Part shown: positions 11,971-21,100 of the stretch, piece by piece
Layout of the letters: every line of letters starts with the position of its first letter
Position numbering within the stretch: position 1 is the stretch's first letter
Source: Mytilus californianus
Lineage: Eukaryota
Direction of reading: 5' to 3'
Assembly: GCF_021869535.1 (NCBI RefSeq)
Contig: NW_026262681.1
Coordinates: 186,001 to 250,000 of the forward strand
DNA length: 64,000 bases
The notes under the pieces: model-generated
What the model was told of the DNA's origin: nothing
Database searches by the model: none
The model's input: only the letters and a program-made list of their open reading frames with translations
Position numbers and translations under genes: made by a program

Positions 11971-12178
11971 CATTGACCGTATAATCACTTGTGATATAGT
12001 CACTGACCGTATATATATCGCCTTGTTTATGACATTGATAATGCGTTTCCGTAGAGTTTTATTTATGACGTCATTAAAAGGTACAGGTTTGCGGAATTTT
12101 TACGTCGTTCGCTCCAAATTAAAAAATGATGGTTTTTACCCATTTGGGACAGTGGAAGCTAGGAGTTGCATTATGTTA

Positions 12179-12326
12179 AGAATAACCATACATTGTCTCG
12201 AAATATAAATTTTATTTGTACTCGGCTCAAAACAGGATAGAAATGCTCGGCAAAGCCTCGCTTTCTACCTGTTTATAAGCCTTGTACAAATAACATTTAT
12301 ATTTCGAGACAATGTATGGTTATTCT
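12179..12326. mobile_element. Foldback MITE, 148 bp
   Basis: ~32-bp perfect inverted repeat AGAATAACCATACATTGTCTCGAAATATAAAT. Confidence 0.8.
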
Positions 12327-12354
12327 ATATTTACACTGGTGTTGAAAAAAATGC

Positions 12355-12575
12355 ATGTTTCTCGTTTCTCGTTTTTTTATATAGATTAGACCGTTGGTTT
12401 TCCTGTTTGAATTGTTTTACACTAGTCTTTTGGGGGCCCTTTATAGCTTGTTGTTCGGTGTGAGCCAAGGCTCCGTGTTGAAGGCCGTACTTTGACCTAT
12501 AATTCTTTACTTTTTACACATTGACTTGGATGGATAGTTGTCTCATTGGCACTCATATCACATCTTCTTATTTAT
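12355..12575 (-). mobile_element. Dispersed repeat family A copy
   Basis: Contains GTTGAAGGCCGTAC..TGACCTATA and GTTGTCTCATTGGCACTCATATCACATCTTCTT. Confidence 0.8.
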
Positions 12576-12993
12576 ATACACCCTTCGACTGGTCCTCAGG
12601 GTGTATGAATTTTCCACACCAGTGTAATATAAGTTATCTTGGTGTAATCAGGGGTGTACTGAATTTTATTTCTTATGAGGCATGAATCCTGTAATCTGAT
12701 TGGTTGATTACCAGGGTGTAAATAACACCCCACCCTAGTTTAGCCTGGGATAAATAATAAATATTTAATTACACACAGAAATATGATTTAATACCTTTAA
12801 ATAAATTTCCATTATTCTCAACAATAATTTGTGTAATCTGTTCATTTTTGTATTAAAAACATTAAGCAGAATATTTTGTTTCAATGCGTTGTTTTGGTAA
12901 CGTTCGTGGTCAGTATAAGGGAGGTAATTCATTTATCTACGTTTGCTATAACAGGGACTTAAGGATTTGCATCTTAATAAGAAATAAATTCGT

Positions 12994-13523
12994 TATCTTG
13001 GTGTGATCAGGGGTGTACGGAATTTTACACCGGTGTTGAAAATGTATTTTTCAACACCGTTGTAAAATTCTTTATCTTACCTCCTATACATTTCTAGGAA
13101 TATGATTGGTTAAAAGCAACCGCGTGGAGACCTTGTATATTTCATATTGGGTTAGTAGGCGTGGTTTATTTCAATACACGGTTAGTAGTGGTGTTACATC
13201 CCTTTGTAAAAACAACACGGTGTTGAGGAAAAATCTGAAAGGTTTCAACAGACGGAGAAATTGATGATGAACGATTGAAATAAATTCATAAAACACATTT
13301 AAAGCTAACAAGTTGTTATTGTTGGCATTCGTTTTTGTATAGACCAATGGAACTAACTATTGAAGACTTGATCACTTTATTAAGGCCACTAGTCTAAATA
13401 CCACATGTTAAGATAGTCGGTGAGATAAATTCGTTACACAGTGTGCTACTGACCTTATATATATCCTATTAGGTCACTAGCACCCTATGTAACTAATAGT
13501 TCACCCCTGACTACACCAAGATA
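12994..13523. mobile_element. Possible TIR-bounded element, ~530 bp
   Basis: TATCTTGGTGTGATCAGGGGTG at the left and its near-perfect reverse complement at the right; the same motif occurs at ~9990 and ~12635. Confidence 0.4.
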
Positions 13524-13940
13524 TCCAAACCATAACAAAATTTGGAACACTGTCAATTACTTAACCAAACCATGTCAATATTTTGATATTACGCTTTACG
13601 TGCGTTTATTTTCAACAACCACAATTTTAATAATGAAAGCTTGACGAAAAACATTGAATCAAACATTTTCGTTACTTTTTGTATGCTGACTTGTAGGGAA
13701 CTAAGGCAATTATTCGGGGGAGTGACCTAATTAAATCAAGACACGATCACGGTACTAAACACTCCTCGATAAGACGACCTTTGAAGCTATCTATGTCATT
13801 TTTTTTATATCTTCCACGTAGCCACGTGTCCGCTATATTGGAAACGTCGTGTACGTGAAGCAAAGGCCAATGAATCAATTGTGTGGGCTCGCATACATTT
13901 AAAATAAAAATAGAATAACACATATATATATACTGCATTG

Positions 13941-13946
13941 TTTATT
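13941..13946 (-). promoter_or_regulatory. Candidate polyadenylation signal of the protease gene
   Basis: AATAAA on the minus strand ~10 nt after the stop codon. Confidence 0.5.
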
Positions 13947-13956
13947 CGGACATAAA

Positions 13957-14109
13957 TTAGGAATTTGATGTTATAACGTATTCCATCCAGCTTTTGTACA
14001 CGCCAATGCGAGTGTAAACGCTAGGACGGCTTCCTGGACATCCACTCTGGCCCCATGATGTGACACCAGCGAGTTGACCAGAACAAACCATTGGTCCTCC
14101 ACTGTCTCC
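13957..14109 (-). CDS. Protease exon 7: [50 protein letters not shown]
   Basis: Acceptor TTATCATTAG; catalytic Ser motif; 51 codons including the stop. Confidence 0.95.
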   Translation of the reverse strand, partial: GDSGGPMVCSGQLAGVTSWGQSGCPGSRPSVYTRIGVYKSWMEYVITSNS

Positions 14110-14161
14110 CTAATGATAAATAAAGATGATGTATACAATGAAGGTGTTTTACAGTATACAT

Positions 14162-14205
<44 letters not shown>

Positions 14206-17200
14206 TGCCTATAAATAGCAGCACATGACATACAAATCTATGGGAGTGTGGATTAATCAGTACAGAGATTAATTCAATTACACAAATAAAATTATAGATT
14301 GCCTAACAATGTAATTTTAACACACTATTTAGTATGTAAATATAAGAATGTTTAAAATATTTACAAAATGATGAAAATAAACGCAATATTTCGCTAGACT
14401 AACTAGCTTTATCAAGCGTGCATCTATCCAGGTGAAATCGGATGTAGATGATAAGAAACTTTTGCAGCTCAATGTATATGTTGCACTTGAATTTAGCTGC
14501 CTTGAAAATAATACATAATTTGGATGAAGTTCAAGATTTTTACAAAATTGGTAGTTGAAGTTAGCAACGTCCATTGGCCAATATTACAGGATAAAAAGGA
14601 CGATATTGTGTACTAAATTATTCTTTATCTTTCCTGTATCTTTTCTCATCTTTTTCGTTAAGACCATCAGGTTCTAAAGTGTGGAGTTGGTGGATCCAAA
14701 AATTTTCTTGGAAGAGGGGTCTAAATACAGCACAAACAACATTTTCCAAAAGACCAAATGAGTGAAAAAGTATATTTTAACAAAACGCATTTGACTTTAT
14801 ATATATATAAAGAAAAGTTAAGTAGAATCTGTATGCTGGTAGCATATAAGAAAATTAATAAATGATAATACTTTTACTAGCGCTTTCACTGCTTTTACAA
14901 ATCTTCACAGGTAACTTGACTTGTACACATAAGTGTTATAAAACAATTGATTGACATTAACAATAGTATGACGTTAACAAATACAAGGGAGACTACTAAT
15001 GTCATTTTAAAATTGGAGTAAAGTCTTTATATATATATATATATATACATCTTATTTCTTACTTCAGTGTATTAGTAATATATATCTTTATATTTTTTTA
15101 TATTTCGTACTAAAATGTGCAAGTAATATAAATGTGTGTAAATAATATATATCTTATTTTGTACTTCAATGTGTAAGTAATATATATCTTTTTTTTATTT
15201 CATACTTAAAGTTAAATGTGTAAATAATATACATGTATATCTTTCACATTTCTAAAATTGTCCGTTTATAAATTTTGAAATTATAAAGAAACTAAGGTTT
15301 CAACTCCCTCAGGCAAAGTTGACCTTAGATGAATTTGGCTATTTATTTTGGGTATTTTTGTCATATAGCTCTTCAACTGTTTCGGTACTTATACATCCCT
15401 CGGATTTCAAATGTTTGGCATTGAGCGTTCCTGATAAAGGTAAATCCAGAAAAAGCGCTTCGGACGCATGAAATTATTAAACGTGTTGTTTTCAATTTTG
15501 TACTTCAAAGTGTAAGTAATGTACATCTTTAATATTATCTCACGAAGCGTTTTCTGTTGTTTAAAAACACCCTAAATATTGATAAATGTCAATGCGTTAT
15601 ACAGAAACTTATTCAAAATCATGTAAGAATGTGTTTTACTTACATTGCAAGCACTGAAACCGGTTCCTTGGAATACACAAATATGGCCGTCAATTATGTT
15701 ATTGCCAGTCCAATAGTTTCTGCACTCACTGTTTCGAAGCACTTGCATGCTTAATGATTGTAAAGTAATGGGTAAACCGCCTGCAAAATAAAAATCGGCA
15801 ATTTCATAAAATGGGCGTACCAGAGAAACATTATTATAGATGTTTTCATGAATAATGCAATTGTCCTAAACACTAACTATTCCCGCAGGCAAAAGTTGAT
15901 CTTGAACATTTTGGGCCTCCATCTTTTGTTCCATTTGAATTTGACACTCTCTAAAATTATATGAATGATAAGCGTCCAAACCTTTTGGCCTTCATATGAT
16001 ACCAAATGTATGGCATTCCAGAAAAAAAATATTGTGCGCTTAGAAATAAGTATCGTATGTTTTAATAACTATATCAATAGATCATTGCTGGTGGAACAAC
16101 ATTTCCCGAGGGTCCAATCCGCTCAATAGACAACTATAGAACTTTGCAATTCTTTGACAAAATGTATAGTTTATATAACGCTATTTCTAAACACATAATA
16201 AAAAGTATGAGTCATGGAGCTTTAATTTTGTTAAGCCAAATGTGCGAATTTTTTAGAATTTGTCATGATTATACAATGAAAAAACGCTTTTGTGTGAATT
16301 GAAAGAAAACTTAACAACAGAATTTAAAAAAAAAGATATGGGAAGATAGCTGTTATAATGTGCTTTCAGAAAATTAAAAAGAAGAATGGGAACACTGTAC
16401 ATGTTTTCTTGCTGCCAAACAAAATAGATGAATTACGTGTTCATTCCTTTATATTATTGAATTATCTGAGTTATCTTCCTTAACATGGCAAAGTTGAAAA
16501 TAATGAATCTTTCCGAACCTGTGAAAAAACAGTCGTAATAATATGAAAAACATAATGATTAAAAGTCTTACAGATTAATTGCACTCCTGTCTCATAATTG
16601 GCAGTAATTCCCCATTTCCATTCTCAATTTTAATATATATTGTTATAAATGTATATTTAAAGAATATTCACTAGGAGCTTGTAAGGTGTGTATATATATA
16701 TACAAGTCTAAATTGAAAACAACGTTCAAACCTATGATTGCGTTGGATAAAAACCGCAATTTTTATACGTGTGCATGCAAAACAAATTTCTTGGTAGAGG
16801 GGTCTAAATACAGCACAAACAACATTTTCCAAAAGACCAAAAAGTGAAAAAGTATATTTTAACAAAACGCATTTGACTAGCAGGTCGAACAACGGATGTT
16901 CTTAAACCCTGCTGACTGCCATGGCGATTGCCAAATAAACGGATCACAGATGTAACAAAATGGATCTTAATTTTAATCTAATACCAAATAGAAAACAAAA
17001 AACTTGCGGAAAAGATGGTATACCGCAAACATGAGGTGCAAAACTTTGTACACCATATCCGGATTTCGACAATTAATGTCTCTTCAGTGATGTAAGGAAT
17101 CGAAACGGTATTTGGAAGGCCATATAATTTACCTCAATTTGGGATTGACTCTCGAATTTTGAAGAGTCGAAATAGGATGAACGGATCATATAAACCCGAA

Positions 17201-18104
17201 GGCAAATATAATACAAGCCCAAACGAAAAAATATAAACAAGTCTAAATTGAAAACAACGTTCAAACCTATGATTGCGTTGGATAAAAACCGCAATTTTTA
17301 TACGTGTGCATGCAAACAAATTTCTTGGTAGAGGGGTCTAAATACAGCACAAACAACATTTTCCAAAAGACCAAAAGAGTGAAAAGGTATATTTTAACAA
17401 AACGCATTTGACTAACAGGTCGAACAACTGATGTTCTTAAACCCTGCTGACTGTCAATGGCGATTGCCAAATAAACGGATCACCAGATGTAACAAAATGG
17501 ATCTTTAATAATATAAATTTAATACCAAACAGAAAACAATAAACTTGCAGTAAAGATGGTATACCGCAAACAAAAGGTGCAAACATTAGTACACCATATC
17601 CGGATTTCGACAATCAATGTCTCTTCAGTGATGTTAGGGATCGAAACAGTATTTGGAAGTCCATAAAATTTATCTCAATTTAGGATTGACTCTTGAATTT
17701 TAAAGAGTCGAAATAGGATGAACGGATCATATAAACCCGAAGGCAAATATAATACAAGCCCAAACGAAAAAATATAAACAAGCATAAATTGAAAACAACG
17801 TTCAAACCTATGATTGCGTTGGATAAACACCGCAATTTTTATACGTGTGCATGCAAACAAATTTCTTGGTAGAGGGGTCTAAATACAGCACAAACAACAT
17901 TTTCCAAAAGACCAAAATAGTGAAAAGGTATATTTTAACAAAACGCATTTGACTAACAGGTCGAACAACTGATGTTCTTAAACCCTGCTGACTGCCATGG
18001 CGATTGCCAAATAAACGGATCACCAGATGTAACAAAATGGATCTTAATATTTAATTTAATACCAAACAGAAAACAATAAACTTGCGGAAAAGATGGTATA
18101 CCGC

Positions 18105-18149
<45 letters not shown>

Positions 18150-21100
18150 TCTGCAAACCTTTTCTGAGGTATGAACTTATATGTTCCACAAGTTCTGCAA
18201 TAATTTGTTTGAGGTATGAATTTGCATGTTCAACAATTTCTGCCAGACTTAAGTTTAGTTATGTACTTACATGTTCCACAATTTACGCCAGACTATGTTT
18301 TAGTAATGTACTTACATGTTCCACAAGTTCTGCCCCATCCAGTGATTTCACATGTCTGGCCAGCAAACTCGTCAGGACTTCCTGTTGCCAAAGTAATAGC
18401 TGAAATACTACCGGTTAATGACAAACTAGATGACATTTTCATCAATGCAATGTCATTTGGGAATGTTCCAGATCCTGAGTTGTAATTTTCGTGCTAAAAA
18501 ATAAGAGTTTAGAAAAGGCTATTTTATTTTGCCACAATACCAAAATGCAATGAAATAGCGTTTTTTATATACAAAAATGCGTGGGTTTCCAGTAATTGAT
18601 GAATTAAGTGCCAATCTACCTAAGAATCAGGCAGTGGTGAAAACATGACAAACAAAAACCCACTCAAGTTGACATTAATTTATGTTCAAAATGTATAATG
18701 GTGCACAAATATGACATTCGTTTCCTTTTCTTGTTCTGGTAATTCAAGATATAATTTGGTTGAAATGCACTAGAAATAAACAATTAAGGGGAGCTAACTC
18801 CGTAATTTGCTATCATTCTAACCAAAAGATATCTAGAGATTTCTCGAATTACCAGACACACGCGGAGAAACAAAAGACCTACCATTTCTAACTCAGGATG
18901 AAGGTAACTTCAAAATAGGATGGTTAAGTCGGTGGGTTTTTTTTCGGCCATGTTTTGAAATTTTTCTAAATTGCCTGATTCTTACAAAGACTGGCACTTA
19001 ATTTTTTTAATGTTTTTTGCATTCTACTTTGCAAATGTTTGTTCTACAATCTGTTTTACAAATAAAATTTCGTGTCAATATATTGCATAGGAAAAACTCA
19101 AGAGCCAGTTGGGTTACCGTCTTCGGCATTGTTATGTCTGTATGATATTATTTTCACCTGACATATAACAGTATATTAAATTATGAAAATTTACATACTA
19201 TTATTCATTTACTTGTAGCTTTCTTTCAGTCATTTTAACAGAATGCAGACAATATATGAATAATATTTCAATATGACTTATATATTACTGCATATCACTT
19301 GGGTAGCCATATGGCTTATGCCCGATGATTAGATTCGGACCAAATTCCAATTAGTCAATCATGACATATCGGTATTGCTACATGCTTAATGCTTCCATGC
19401 CTAACACGAAATAAATGAGGAAATCGGTTTATTAGTGATTTTTTCGTGTTTGGATAATTTATTTACCAGAAACCCCTTTTTAAAGGTTGGCCCAAATTCA
19501 GTGTAGTGTCGTATACTATTTAGACAAAACTAGCTTTCTTACTTATTCAATTTTGGCACTGAAAAGTCAAAAAAAAAATTTAATACCATTATATATGTGA
19601 TCAAAATTATTAACATTACTGTTAGACTCGAGTGTCATAAACATTTGAATATAATGTAATGATATGATGGGGTTTATATTTAACATAAGACTGCACTGTC
19701 AAATCTCTTAAAATAGCCTTTTATCATACCTCCTATACATTTCTAGGATTATCATTGGTTAAAATCGACCGCGTGGAGATCGTGTATATTTAATATGGGG
19801 TTAGTAGGCTTGGTTTCGTATAAGGTCACTAGATCTCTGTGTAACTAATAATACACAATTGTGTTTAGGGTGATAATGCAGCCTTGTCAATACTAAACAA
19901 ACAAATATAATACCCTGAATGATTAAAGGAATAAATGATCAGAATTTTACCGGTACGATGAGCTCTATACTTCTCGTAGTCCCACCACTGCCATGATTTG
20001 AAGATCCTGCTCGAATCCTGTAGTCCTGTCTGAAAACAAAGAAAAAGAAAATATGTATTATATTATCCCTAAAAATTACCGTTACTTGATATAATAAGAG
20101 TGGTGTTGAGATATAAATTTAAAAAAGAAATCTCTTTAGCTCTGTAGTGGATTCGTGTGCCTGGTCCAAAGTCTAAAACCTCGTCGGTTGCATACTGTTA
20201 TAAAATATTCTATACAGATTTAGTGTTCTTTCGCTTATTGCAGTCAACAGTATTTTTAAAAGTACGATTATGTAGTGGAATAATAGTTTACCAGGTATAT
20301 ACATGTACCTACATGTAACAAACACTTTTAAACAGACTCTTTTGATGTATTGGTATACTACATTTTTTTATTATTACAAATTACTTACTAGTATTGCATT
20401 TACTTTAATATTAGATGTTTTCATTTAAATCAACGCTAATCATGTTATGTTTAATCTAATTTTTTTTTTATATTATGTTTGAAAATTATGATTGTTGATT
20501 ATTCTGCTCATTTTGGGCGCCGTGATGGGCAAATAAAGTATTTGTTTGTTTGTTTGGTATAAATATGTGGAAATGACACTCTGCTAGGTTGAGGAATTAT
20601 TCCAGTGACCCTAAACCGTGGTTTGTCGTCCTTGTTAAATATTATAGACTTCTCGAATGAAAACTTCTTTTATCAACTGCACTTAAAGGAGGCGAAATAC
20701 CACAAAATGTTTCTAGGTAAAAAAAGAAAAGGTACGCACGGGTTCCTTCCCTGTGGAAGTTTAAATATAGATAAGCTTATAGGTGTGGTATATTGTCCAA
20801 ATTTTGAATCCAAATTATTTTTTTAATTCTGCTGTAAAGGAAATATCTTCACATTTTTATATAATAGTAGATCTTGATGTGTGCACTTAAGTTCAGAAAA
20901 TCCGTGTTACAATATATCCGTATACTTACGGTCTGGAACTGTCAACACAATGTGCAGCCGTTACAATCCAATCTGCATTCACGATGGCACCCCCGCAAAT
21001 ATGGCTATTACTTCTTTGTAGGGACACTTGATGAGGGTGCTGTGAAATTGTTGTATCTACACCACCGACGATTTTCCCAACTCCGTCATCGACCTGAAAT

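Larger units (their letters stand above)
16702..18105 (-). mobile_element. Retrozyme-like tandem array, ~2.6 copies of a ~541-bp unit
   Basis: Unit starts at 16702, 17237 and 17778; (TA)n on both flanks; two hammerhead ribozymes 541 nt apart. Confidence 0.85.

Noticed and set aside
13971-14231. 86-aa ORF ending ...[11 protein letters not shown]
   Set aside because: Wrong frame; the third frame gives GDSGGP and fits the protease exon chain
16671-18035. Repeated 61-75-aa ORFs in the 541-bp units
   Set aside because: Frames are not conserved between copies (indels) and no domain is recognised; best explained as a non-coding repeat
18209-18485. Plus-strand ORFs 18209..18403 and 18216..18485
   Set aside because: Antisense shadows of protease exon 5 and the 45-bp repeat
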